Source: Phycisphaerales bacterium (lineage in GTDB: Bacteria; Planctomycetota; Phycisphaerae; Phycisphaerales; UBA1924). Taken from it: a stretch of DNA of 64,000 bases. The stretch's first letter is position 1. Each line of letters starts with the position of its first letter. This document shows positions 37,557-46,368 of this stretch, in pieces. Under the pieces are notes generated by a model. The model was not told the origin of the DNA, ran no database searches, and saw nothing but the letters and a program-made list of their open reading frames with translations. A program made the translations under genes and the position numbers. Location of the stretch: contig OZ245777.1 in the NCBI GenBank assembly GCA_965227775.1, positions 1,696,001-1,760,000 of the forward strand. Direction: 5' to 3'.

Positions 37557-38834
37557 ATGAGTGTTCTGTCTGCGAAGGAGACAAACGTGAAGTCAGTGGT
37601 ACCAAAGAGAGTAATTGGTCTTTCAATGATTGCTGGTGCGTTGATCGCTTCGTCCGTCGCAGCGCAATGCGACGCCGAGGAGATTCCCGGTGCGACCCTC
37701 GCCGTTGCGGCGCAGGGGACGCCGCCTTTCCTGCTGACGAACTACTTGTCGGACGGGGAGTGCTTCCGGGAGTACCACACGCGTGCCGATGCGCACGCGA
37801 TCTCGTCCGGCGTGTACTTCGCGAAGAAGGAGGATCCTGGCTATGGCGGCCAGCCCACGCCCTACGAGGGGTTCATTGAGAAGACGGTCGCGCAGATCGA
37901 GAGCAAGCTGCAGACGCACATCAACAACGATCTCGGCTGGGCCAATGGCCAGAATCTTGGCTATTCCGGGATCATCACGATTGACATCGAGAATGCAGCC
38001 AACCCGACACAGATCACGACCCGCTTTGCCGAGCTGGCCGCTGATCCCGATTACGACTTCGCCGACCTCCAGGCGTACTGGTCCCGCTGCATCCAGGCGA
38101 CCCGCAACAAGTTCCCGTGCGCGACGATTCTCTGGTGGGGCATCGGCTCGCCAAACCTGACCGGCAACGCGTTCGATCCCGCGGTCACCGACGGGCGAAT
38201 CCAGCTCTGGGCCGAGACGCTCGAGAACTTCGATTTCACCGACCTTGACGGCCTTGCTCCCCGCGTATATGCAGGCTGGGGTCCTGATGACTTCGCAACA
38301 ACAGCGCTTCTCAAGGAGCGCTACGAGGACATCGCCGATGCGGCCGTCGAGAACTTCGACAACATCATCGACTACGCGGTCTCGGGGCCGTACTCACGCA
38401 GCCACTTGGAGTTCGCTCCGCACTTCTCGTTGCTGATTTATCACGGTGGCACTACGCCCTCGTTACACAATGAGCAGTTCCTCTTGGAAAGTGATGTGGA
38501 TCCCACGCTTGAGAACACCCTTGAGCCGCAGTTTGAGATTGTCGAGGCCCATGCGGATCACTTGATATCGGTCATCTGGACGCCGAAGACGTATCACGAG
38601 AATGCCACGCTTCCCGGTGTGTCCTTTAATGTCAAGGACAATCTCGAATTTCTTCGTTGCCTGCTTGATTACGACGGCGATGGTACAAGGGATGCGAGCG
38701 ACTTCGCGGAGTTCTTGAGCTACTTCAATGGGGCGACTCCCGCCTCTTGTGCCGATCTAGATCGCGACGCGTCTGTAGATATTTTTGATTACCTGATGGC
38801 TCAGACCGCATTGAACAGTGCGTGTCCGAACTGA
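37557..38834 (+). CDS. Secreted protein, possible TIM-barrel glycoside hydrolase, with degenerate C-terminal dockerin
   Basis: Signal peptide; SGIITIDIE; C-terminal DYDGDG...DF..F...ADLDRDASVDIFDY...C; start may be GTG 37587. Confidence 0.6.
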   Translation: MSVLSAKETNVKSVVPKRVIGLSMIAGALIASSVAAQCDAEEIPGATLAVAAQGTPPFLLTNYLSDGECFREYHTRADAHAISSGVYFAKKEDPGYGGQPTPYEGFIEKTVAQIESKLQTHINNDLGWANGQNLGYSGIITIDIENAANPTQITTRFAELAADPDYDFADLQAYWSRCIQATRNKFPCATILWWGIGSPNLTGNAFDPAVTDGRIQLWAETLENFDFTDLDGLAPRVYAGWGPDDFATTALLKERYEDIADAAVENFDNIIDYAVSGPYSRSHLEFAPHFSLLIYHGGTTPSLHNEQFLLESDVDPTLENTLEPQFEIVEAHADHLISVIWTPKTYHENATLPGVSFNVKDNLEFLRCLLDYDGDGTRDASDFAEFLSYFNGATPASCADLDRDASVDIFDYLMAQTALNSACPN

Positions 38835-38860
38835 TGGACGTGTGATCGAGAGAATCACCG

Positions 38861-38890
38861 GCGGCGGCTCCGAACAGTCGGAGCCGCCGT
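38861..38890. terminator. Hairpin between convergent genes
   Basis: GCGGCGGCTCCGA-ACAG-TCGGAGCCGCCGT; no clear T tract. Confidence 0.55.
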
Positions 38891-38945
38891 TGTCGTATGG
38901 CGCGAGGCAGTGCTCGCTGTCACGCGACTCCTGCATGGACGCCCG

Positions 38946-39188
38946 TCAATCGCCAGTCAGATCGATGCCGATGTCCTGGAGCGTGAGCCCAAACACCACC
39001 ATTCCGAAGACCAGCGTTAGCAGCAAGCAGAACAGGAACACCGGCAGGATGATCAGGCCGACGATCCGGCTGGCCTTGGGCCCCAGCGTCTTGGATTTGC
39101 CAAGCTGCAACTCGCCCTTCACGAGGGAGGCCCACAGCAGCGATCCGGAAATGATCGTGCCGATGGCGGCGAAGATGGCGAGCAGCAT
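38946..39188 (-). CDS. Small two-TM membrane protein
   Basis: MLLAIFAAIGTIISGSLLW...IVGLIILPVFLFCLLLTLVFGMVVFGL; GGGGGA RBS. Confidence 0.5.
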   Translation of the reverse strand: MLLAIFAAIGTIISGSLLWASLVKGELQLGKSKTLGPKASRIVGLIILPVFLFCLLLTLVFGMVVFGLTLQDIGIDLTGD

Positions 39189-39232
39189 GCCTGTTCCCCC
39201 TGGCGGCTGGTTCCGCTCACGATAGACCGAGT

Positions 39233-39613
39233 TCACCGAAGGTGCGGCAACACCCGTTGCTCGAGCAAGCGGATGAGTTCCGGGTCCATCTCGTGGTACC
39301 GATCGGCAATATCCAGGCACACAACCCGAGCGCTGCCGAGCACATCGCGAAACCTTGTTGCAAGCTTCTTCTTGTGCACGGGCTCCATAACGAAGATGAC
39401 ATCTGCCCACTCTACCAGCTCGACCGAGACAACGGTGACCGCGTCGTTGCTCAGGCCGGCGGAGAGGCAGTCGATGCCGGGATAGTCGGCGAAGATCTGC
39501 TCTGCTGTCGGGCTGCGCCACTTGTTCTTGCTGCATACGAAGAGCACACGGGTCTTGGGCTCGGGTGCGCCGGCGCCTTCGGCTTGCTGTTGTGATGGTG
39601 GGGCGGGATCCAT
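39233..39613 (-). CDS. Low-molecular-weight phosphotyrosine phosphatase family protein
   Basis: LFVCSKNKWRSPTAE (CX5R), WADVIFVME, CLDIAD. Confidence 0.85.
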   Translation of the reverse strand: MDPAPPSQQQAEGAGAPEPKTRVLFVCSKNKWRSPTAEQIFADYPGIDCLSAGLSNDAVTVVSVELVEWADVIFVMEPVHKKKLATRFRDVLGSARVVCLDIADRYHEMDPELIRLLEQRVLPHLR

Positions 39614-39661
39614 GTTGGTCTCTTCGACAGTGCGCGGTGAGCGTGCTGGTGCTGTCGTCGT

Positions 39662-40480
39662 CTAGCGGCCTTGTCCGCACTCGGGGCAGCCCGGCCGCGT
39701 CTGGCCGGCCAGTGCGTAGCCGCACGCGGTGCAGCGGCCCAGCGCCCTTCGCGCAGCGCGCCGGGCGGCGCCGGGAGCGTACAGGACCATGCCCCAAAGC
39801 ACCGCGAAGCAGATCGTGTTGATTGCTAGGCCTGGTAATAGAAGCTTCCGTGGGAGATTGAGTGGATCTGGCGGCGCGTTGCCGGCCGACTGGCTTCCGC
39901 GAGGCCATGGGATCGCCAGCGCGTCGCGCACCTCGTATCGCAGGCCCATCCCCGGCGGCATTCCAGGGGATCCGTCCTCGGACGCGAACGAGTCATACCG
40001 GGTGGTGGAGCGCAGCGCCGGCATCGGCCAGCCGGCGGCAAAGAGCGTAAGCGACGTGCGCACGTCGGTGATATCGGGCACCGGTTCGGGAGGGGCCTGC
40101 GCCGCGAGGTCGTCGAGGCGGCCGATGATCGTGGGCATCGGAGTCGGCGGAGAACTGGCGGCCGCGAACGCCCACACCCCTTCGTCGTACGCGGCGCCGC
40201 CGATCGACTCGATCTCACGCGCCGCTTCGGGCCAGTAGTCGGCACCAAACGAGAGGTTCGCCGTGTCCCGAAGCTCCCAACGCTCGACGACCTGCCCGAA
40301 TCTCCGGTGCCGGTGCACGCGCTGGATGACGCCGTCTACCACCGCGACGCCAGTCTGCATGTGTGAAATGCCCTGCGGCCGCAGCTTCACGTGCACGACC
40401 GCACCCCACGCCACAGCGACCGTGGTCGTGAGGCCAAGGATCAAGCTCAACAGACAGCGGCGGATGAGACGCCAAGGCAC
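39662..40480 (-). CDS. Membrane protein with C-terminal zinc ribbon
   Basis: N-terminal and C-terminal TM segments; CTACGY...CPECG. Confidence 0.65.
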   Translation of the reverse strand: MPWRLIRRCLLSLILGLTTTVAVAWGAVVHVKLRPQGISHMQTGVAVVDGVIQRVHRHRRFGQVVERWELRDTANLSFGADYWPEAAREIESIGGAAYDEGVWAFAAASSPPTPMPTIIGRLDDLAAQAPPEPVPDITDVRTSLTLFAAGWPMPALRSTTRYDSFASEDGSPGMPPGMGLRYEVRDALAIPWPRGSQSAGNAPPDPLNLPRKLLLPGLAINTICFAVLWGMVLYAPGAARRAARRALGRCTACGYALAGQTRPGCPECGQGR

Positions 40481-40588
40481 ACGAGAGCATACCCGTCACT
40501 GCTACTTCGGGTTGCGGTGCAGTGACTTGTGGACTCGTCGCCGTTCGATGCCGGTGGCGAGCCAGCACAATCTTTTCCCAGAAAGCGC

Positions 40589-41980
40589 TCAGCAGCCCGC
40601 ATCGAACGCGTTCTGGAACGCGAGGAAGTCGAAGATTGTCAGGTTGCCATCGGCGTCGAAGTCGGCGATGAGGTCACCTGAATCGAACAAGTTCTGGAAA
40701 CTGAGGAAGTCGAAGATCGTGAGCTCACCGTCGCCGTCGAGATCGGCTTGGCAGGGAGCGGCAAAGACGTATGCGGCGCCAGCCATGACACCAGCGCCAT
40801 CGTCTTGTGGAGCGCCGATGGCGACGCGGCGGCCGGAAAAATCGAGGCCCGTGCCGAAGCGAGCACCGAAGCTGGGCGAATCGGCACGGATGGGCGCGAG
40901 CGTTGCGCCCGAGCGGGCATCATACACGAACACCGTCCCCGCATTGGCAATGTCGGTGTCGTCGTTTGGGGCGCCGATGAGAGCGACACTGCCGTCGGTC
41001 GCCACGTACAGCCCGAAGTTGCCCAGCACGCCAACGCTTGCCTCCGAGAGGATCGCGACTTCCTGCGGCTCACTCGGATCGGTGAGATCAAACAAGTACG
41101 CGGCGCCGGCGCCGCTCACGCCCGGCTGATCGGCGTCGGGAGCACCGACAATCGCGATCGCGCCGTGCAGCGCGACCGACTTGCCGAAGAAGTCGAACGA
41201 CTCGGCGTCGCTGGCTGTGAGCTTGGCGAGCTCAACCGGTTGCCTCGGATCGGAAACGTCGAACAGGTACGCCGCACCCGACGATGCGGCGATCTCGTTA
41301 TCTCGCGGTGTGCCAACCAGCGCGAGGTCGCCCTGGATCGCGACCGAGAAGCCAAAGCCCGAGCCTTGGGCGCCATCGCTTGCGATCAGGCGGCCGAGCA
41401 CATCGATTGCATCGGGCGCGCTCGCGTCCAGCAGATACACGGCGCCCGTAGCCAGGCGGGCGCCATCGGCATTGGGTGCGCCGACGATGGCGACGTCCCC
41501 GCTGACATCGACCGAGAAGCCGAATCGGTCACCAAACTCGGCATCGTCGGGCGTAAATGTGTCGATGAAGTCGCCCGTCTCGCGGTCGTAGAAGAACATC
41601 GCGCCGGCCGGTCCGTCTCCATCGTCGAAACCCCATGCGGTGACGATGGCAGCACTGGAACCGAGTGCTGCGGCGTAGCCGAACCAGTCGGTGCCGACGA
41701 GGCCTGGCTCCGCGAGCGAGCGGACCAGCGTGCCCGAGTCTACATCGAACAGAAACGCGGCCCCAGCGTCGGGTGCGAAGTCGTCGTCGGCTGGAGCTGT
41801 GACGAGGATCCGATCCTCCAAGATCGCGACGTCGGTGCCAAATTGATCGAACTCCCCGGCATCCGGCGGCAGGATTCGGTCGACAGGGACGAACTGGGCC
41901 AGGACGGCCTGGCTGGTCGCCGCGATGGTTCCGAGAACGAACGTCCTCGTGCGAATCCTGAGAGTGTTACTGCCGTTCAC
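40589..41980 (-). CDS. FG-GAP repeat (beta-propeller) protein with C-terminal GC-type dockerin
   Basis: Seven FG.SV...VGAP...GA.YLFD repeats; ends DAGC; GGAGG RBS before GTG 41980. Confidence 0.85.
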   Translation of the reverse strand: MNGSNTLRIRTRTFVLGTIAATSQAVLAQFVPVDRILPPDAGEFDQFGTDVAILEDRILVTAPADDDFAPDAGAAFLFDVDSGTLVRSLAEPGLVGTDWFGYAAALGSSAAIVTAWGFDDGDGPAGAMFFYDRETGDFIDTFTPDDAEFGDRFGFSVDVSGDVAIVGAPNADGARLATGAVYLLDASAPDAIDVLGRLIASDGAQGSGFGFSVAIQGDLALVGTPRDNEIAASSGAAYLFDVSDPRQPVELAKLTASDAESFDFFGKSVALHGAIAIVGAPDADQPGVSGAGAAYLFDLTDPSEPQEVAILSEASVGVLGNFGLYVATDGSVALIGAPNDDTDIANAGTVFVYDARSGATLAPIRADSPSFGARFGTGLDFSGRRVAIGAPQDDGAGVMAGAAYVFAAPCQADLDGDGELTIFDFLSFQNLFDSGDLIADFDADGNLTIFDFLAFQNAFDAGC

Positions 41981-42066
41981 GCTCGATTCCTCCGCCCCAA
42001 TCATACAAGAAACGCGCCGGCAAGCGGCGCGAATCTGGGAGAGGAATTTTCAGGCGAGTGCGCTTT

Positions 42067-43773
42067 TCAGCAGCCCGCGTCGAACGCGTTCTGGAACGCG
42101 AGGAAGTCGAAGATCGTGAGGCTGCCGTCGCCGTCGAAATCAGCGGCGGGATCGCCCGAGTCGAACAGGTTCTGGAAACTCAGGAAATCGAAGATCGTGA
42201 GTTCGCCATCGCCGTCCAGGTCGGCCGGGCACTGGCACTCGTCTGGGATGTTGTCGAGGTTTAGGTCTCGGCTGGTGCCGTTGGCGATATCGACGGTGTC
42301 GTGCACGCCGTTTGCATTGCAATCGACCGGCACTTCTCCGCTGACGAAGACCGGTCCGCGGATCTGTTGCTGGCTGCCGTCGGGTGCACCGGCGCCGCCC
42401 TGGCCGCCCGGGCCAAGGTCGTACGTCGCGTCGGTGAGGTCGACCGCGCCGCTGCCAGCAACCCAGATGCCGATGCTCGGCCCGCCCGCACCTCCGCCAC
42501 CGTTGCCGCCGTTGCCGCCGCGTCCGCCGTTGCCTCCGCGGGCGCCGTTCGAGCCGTCGTCTTGCTCGCTGGCGCCGCCATAGTTGTTGCCGGCGGTGCA
42601 GAAGGAGACGCCGCCGGTGCCGCCCATGCCGCCCTGGCCGCCGATGCCGCCTTCGCCGCCGTGGCCACCGCCCTCGGTCGCGAAGGTCGAGCCCGTCACG
42701 ATGACGCCCGTCGAGTCGTGGATGACGAGGCCGATTGATGCGCCGCCGCCGCGGCCGCCCGATCCGCCGAAGCCGCCGCTGCCGCCGGCGCCGCCGCCTC
42801 CGCCGCCACCGCCCCAGCTATTGCAGCTGTTGGTGCCGCCACCGCCACCACCTCCGCCGCCACCGCCCGAGCCGTGCTCGCCACGCGCACCCGCGTTGCC
42901 GTTCCCGCCCACGTAAAGCCCGCCGCTGAGCGCGCCTTCCACGCCTGGGATGCCCGCGCGGCCGTTCGCGCCGTTGCCCCCATCGCCGCCGAAGAAGGAC
43001 GGCAGGCCGGGAAGGTCGAAGGGGCACCAGTTGCCAAAGCCCGCCAGGACGCCCGCTCCGCCCGACCCGCCATTGGGGCCCTGGCCCCAGCTTCCGCCCA
43101 CGCCCCGCCGATCATCACGCCCCGGCTGGCCGCCGTTGCCGCCCGGGAAGCCCGGGCCCGCGCCGCCGCGTCCGCCGTTTGGGCGAAGGCCCGTCGAGCA
43201 GAAAAGGTCGCCATCGTCCTCAACGCCGCCGCCACCGAGGCGGCCGTTTTCGCCGCGCGAGCCGTTACCGGCAGTGCCGCCCGCTTGGCCGTTTGCGGCT
43301 TGGCCCGCGATGAGTTCGCTATTGCTGATGAACACGTCGCTGCAGTTGAAGAACGACAGGCCATAGGTACTGTTGCCGACGACATCGGTCGCCGTGATGC
43401 TGACGCCGTCGAGCAGGATGCCGAAGCGGCCTTGTACCAGCGGGTTCGATAGCTGGATCTCGGTGCGATTGGTGTCGGAGTCACGCGACCAACCGTCGGA
43501 CGCATCGAAGCCACCGAGGATCTGCTGTTGGCTGAAGATCGAGCCCGCGTTGTACACACCCTGGTCAAGATAGATCGGGCGATCGGCGCTGTAGAGCGAA
43601 GTCGCGCGGCTGAGCGTGGCGATGGGCTCATCGGCTGTTCCAGGATTCGCATCGTCGCCGAGCGTGGCCGACACGTACACCGGGCCTTGCTGGGCGATCG
43701 CGTTGGTCGCGGCGAAGGCTGCGAGGACGATCGATGCGGTGCGGAGAGTGGTGCGTGTGGGAGTGCGTTGCAT
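42067..43773 (-). CDS. Secreted glycine-rich protein (DUF1565-like N-terminus) with C-terminal GC-type dockerin, copy 2
   Basis: Signal peptide, YVS...GDDANPGT..EP.ATL, GxGGxG runs, DCNANG..D..DI..G.S.DLN.DNIPDEC, dockerin. Confidence 0.8.
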   Translation of the reverse strand: MQRTPTRTTLRTASIVLAAFAATNAIAQQGPVYVSATLGDDANPGTADEPIATLSRATSLYSADRPIYLDQGVYNAGSIFSQQQILGGFDASDGWSRDSDTNRTEIQLSNPLVQGRFGILLDGVSITATDVVGNSTYGLSFFNCSDVFISNSELIAGQAANGQAGGTAGNGSRGENGRLGGGGVEDDGDLFCSTGLRPNGGRGGAGPGFPGGNGGQPGRDDRRGVGGSWGQGPNGGSGGAGVLAGFGNWCPFDLPGLPSFFGGDGGNGANGRAGIPGVEGALSGGLYVGGNGNAGARGEHGSGGGGGGGGGGGTNSCNSWGGGGGGGGAGGSGGFGGSGGRGGGASIGLVIHDSTGVIVTGSTFATEGGGHGGEGGIGGQGGMGGTGGVSFCTAGNNYGGASEQDDGSNGARGGNGGRGGNGGNGGGGAGGPSIGIWVAGSGAVDLTDATYDLGPGGQGGAGAPDGSQQQIRGPVFVSGEVPVDCNANGVHDTVDIANGTSRDLNLDNIPDECQCPADLDGDGELTIFDFLSFQNLFDSGDPAADFDGDGSLTIFDFLAFQNAFDAGC

Positions 43774-43834
43774 GGCTGTGCTCCGATGAGTGCGAGGCCA
43801 GGAGTGTGGCGACGTCGCACGCCGCTCCAACCGT

Positions 43835-43865
43835 AACGCGACGACCGTCGCCGGAAACGGCAACG
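43835..43865 (-). promoter_or_regulatory. Candidate ECF sigma promoter CGTTGCCG-N15-GTCGCGTT
   Basis: Both 8-mers and the spacing are identical to 45704..45734. Confidence 0.65.
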
Positions 43866-43909
43866 GTCGTCAAGGTTCTTTTCGATTGCGTCGTGTTTGG
43901 TGTCGTCGA

Positions 43910-45628
43910 TCAGCAACCAGCGTCGAACGCGTTCTGGAAGGCCAGGAAATCGAACAGCGTCAGCTCGCCGTCGCCGTCGAAGTCGGCGGCGTGGTTGCCC
44001 GTGTCGAACAGGTTCTGGAACTCGAGGAAGTCGAAGATGGTCAGGCTGCCGTCGCCGTCGAGGTCCGCGCGGCACTGGCACTCGTCGGGGATGTTGTCGA
44101 GGTTCAAGTCGAGGCTGTCGCCGTTGGCGATGTCGACCAGGTCGTGCACGCCGTTGGCGTTGCAGTCGACGGGGATGGCGACCGCGGATTCGATCGGACC
44201 GCGCGATTGCAACTGCGTACCCGCCGATCCGCCGGGTGCTCCGCCGCTACCAGGATCGCCGAGGTCGTAGCTTGCGTCGACGAGATCGACGGCCGGCCCC
44301 GAGACCCAGATCCCGATGCTCGGCCCGCCAGCGCCGCCGCCGCCACGGCCGCCGTTGCCGCCTCGCCCACCGTTGCCGCCCATGCCGCCGTTGGAGCCGT
44401 CGTCTTGCTGGCTGACGCCGCCGTAGAAGTTGCCTGCGGTGCACGTTGGGACGGCACGACCACCGAGGCCGCCGTTCCCGCCCTGTCCGCCGTTGCCTCC
44501 GTTGCCACCGTTTCCGCCGCCGCCGGTCGCGAAGCTCGCACCGTTGATGACGACGTCGGTCGATGCCGTGACGACCAAGCCAACCGAGGCGCCACCGCCG
44601 AGCCCGCCCTGTCCGCCGCGACCACCGCCGCCGCCCGAGCCACCACCCGCGCCGCCGCCGCCGAAGCTGTTGCAACTCGCCGTTCCGCCGCCGCCACCGC
44701 CGCCGCCGCCGCCCCCAGCGCCGCCCTGGCCATCGGCACCCTGTCCACCGCGCTGCGGGACGTAGAAGCCGTCGGCCGCGAGCGAGCCCTCACCGCCGGC
44801 GGGGCCGTCCACGCCGCTGGATCCCGGGAAGCCGTCGCCGCCGATCGAGTCTCGCCCGCCGAAGAAGAAGGGGCACCAGTTGCCGAGGCCGGGGAAGGTC
44901 CCGTCGCCGCCGCGCCCGCCGCCGGGGCCCTCACCCGCTTCGCCAGGCCGGCCGAAGTCGCCATCGCGTCCCGGCCGCCCGCCGACGCCGCCCGGGAAGC
45001 CGCCGCCGGCGCCCGCGACGCCTCCGAGCGGCCAGAGGCCCTGCGTACAAACGGGGATGCTGGTCCCGGGGATGGTCTGGTCGTCGCTCTCGATGCCTGG
45101 CATGCCGAGCCCGCCGTTGCCCCCACGGGCTCCGCTCGAGCCGGTAGAACCGTTCGCGCCACCCATGGCAGCCTCGGCGACGAACTCGCAGTTGCTCGCG
45201 AAGAAGTCCTCGACGCCGCGGAGCACCAGGCCGTAGCGGCTGATGCCGGTCGAGGGCTGCATCGTGAAGCGGATGCCATCGGCCATCACGCCGACCGCCG
45301 CGGTCGTGGGTATGGAGGTCCGCACGATCGTCGTGTTGAGCGATGGATCCCGGCTCCAGCCATCGCCGGCGTTAAAGCCACCGAGGAGCGCGGTGCCGCT
45401 GGTCAGCCGCAGGTCGGTGTACTCGCCAGCGTCGAGATAGATCACGCCGGAACTGGCCAGGGTGCGCGCCGTTGCCAGCGTCGCCACCGGCTCGTCTCTC
45501 GTGCCAGGGTTCGCGTCGTCGCCCTGCGAGGCCGACACGTAGATCGGTTCCTGAGCCAACGCGTTGGTCGCCGCGAGTGCGGTAAGGATGCAGGCAACGG
45601 TCCGGGAGTTCGTGGGTAACGTGGTCAT
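43910..45628 (-). CDS. Secreted glycine-rich protein (DUF1565-like N-terminus) with C-terminal GC-type dockerin, copy 1
   Basis: Collinear paralog of 42067..43773; AGGAG RBS. Confidence 0.8.
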   Translation of the reverse strand: MTTLPTNSRTVACILTALAATNALAQEPIYVSASQGDDANPGTRDEPVATLATARTLASSGVIYLDAGEYTDLRLTSGTALLGGFNAGDGWSRDPSLNTTIVRTSIPTTAAVGVMADGIRFTMQPSTGISRYGLVLRGVEDFFASNCEFVAEAAMGGANGSTGSSGARGGNGGLGMPGIESDDQTIPGTSIPVCTQGLWPLGGVAGAGGGFPGGVGGRPGRDGDFGRPGEAGEGPGGGRGGDGTFPGLGNWCPFFFGGRDSIGGDGFPGSSGVDGPAGGEGSLAADGFYVPQRGGQGADGQGGAGGGGGGGGGGGTASCNSFGGGGAGGGSGGGGGRGGQGGLGGGASVGLVVTASTDVVINGASFATGGGGNGGNGGNGGQGGNGGLGGRAVPTCTAGNFYGGVSQQDDGSNGGMGGNGGRGGNGGRGGGGAGGPSIGIWVSGPAVDLVDASYDLGDPGSGGAPGGSAGTQLQSRGPIESAVAIPVDCNANGVHDLVDIANGDSLDLNLDNIPDECQCRADLDGDGSLTIFDFLEFQNLFDTGNHAADFDGDGELTLFDFLAFQNAFDAGC

Positions 45629-45703
45629 GGTGGGGCTCCTATCTACCCTTGTTCGTGCATCGGTAGGGGTTGCGAGCGAATTGGCTTGCACCCCGCCGCC
45701 CGG

Positions 45704-45734
45704 AACGCGACAATGCCCGGCAACACCGGCAACG
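45704..45734 (-). promoter_or_regulatory. Candidate ECF sigma promoter CGTTGCCG-N15-GTCGCGTT
   Basis: Both 8-mers and the spacing are identical to 43835..43865; abuts the ECF gene start. Confidence 0.65.
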
Positions 45735-45735
45735 A

Positions 45736-46368
45736 ATGTCAGGGGGATTTGCGATCGAGCCCCAATCCGACCAACGCGAGCCCCGTGAGCCCCCTGAGTC
45801 CACAGTGCTGCTGCTTGCCTCGGCGGGTGGCGATGCGCAGGCAGCCGAGCAGCTTGCGCCGATGGTCTACGACAACCTACGACGCCTCGCCGCGGCCCGG
45901 CTGGGCGGCGCGGGCCAGGCCGATTGGACGTGCCAGCCGACGGCCATCGTGCACGAGGCATACATGCGCATGGCAGATCAGGACAAGGTCGATTGGCAGG
46001 GCCGCACGCACTTCTTCGCGATCGGGGCCGAGATGATCCGGCGCGTGATTGCCGACGAAGCCAAGCGCCGGGGCCGCCAGAAGCGCGGGGGTGGTTGGGG
46101 GCGCGTCACGCTTGATGGGGCAGCGCTCGACGCCAGTTCGGCTCCCATCGACCCGCTCGATCTCGATGATGCGCTGACCAAGCTGGCGGAGGTGGATGAT
46201 CGTGCGGCGCGCGTCGTGTCGCTCCGGTTCTTCGGGGGCCTGACCGAGCCCGAGGCCGCCGCCGTCCTGGGTGTGAGCGAGCGCACGGTGCGCGGCGACT
46301 GGCGGAGTGCCAAGGCCTTCCTGCGGCGCACGCTTGCAGCGACGGATGCAACTAGTGACGAGCACTGA
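45736..46368 (+). CDS. ECF-type sigma factor (kinase-associated, TIGR02999-like)
   Basis: VYDNLRRLA, QPTAIVHEAY, HFFAIGAEMIRR, KRGGG, VVSLRFFGGLT, SERTVRGDW; start uncertain. Confidence 0.88.
   Translation: MSGGFAIEPQSDQREPREPPESTVLLLASAGGDAQAAEQLAPMVYDNLRRLAAARLGGAGQADWTCQPTAIVHEAYMRMADQDKVDWQGRTHFFAIGAEMIRRVIADEAKRRGRQKRGGGWGRVTLDGAALDASSAPIDPLDLDDALTKLAEVDDRAARVVSLRFFGGLTEPEAAAVLGVSERTVRGDWRSAKAFLRRTLAATDATSDEH

Noticed and set aside
40589..44074. Repeated dockerin DNA as DGR template/variable repeats or as a CRISPR array
   Set aside because: All copies are coding and in frame, differences are not adenine-specific, spacing is irregular, and no reverse transcriptase or cas gene is in the window
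42300..45200. Poly-Pro ORFs on the + strand
   Set aside because: They are the antisense reading of the Gly-rich genes, which have signal peptides, RBSs and dockerins on the - strand
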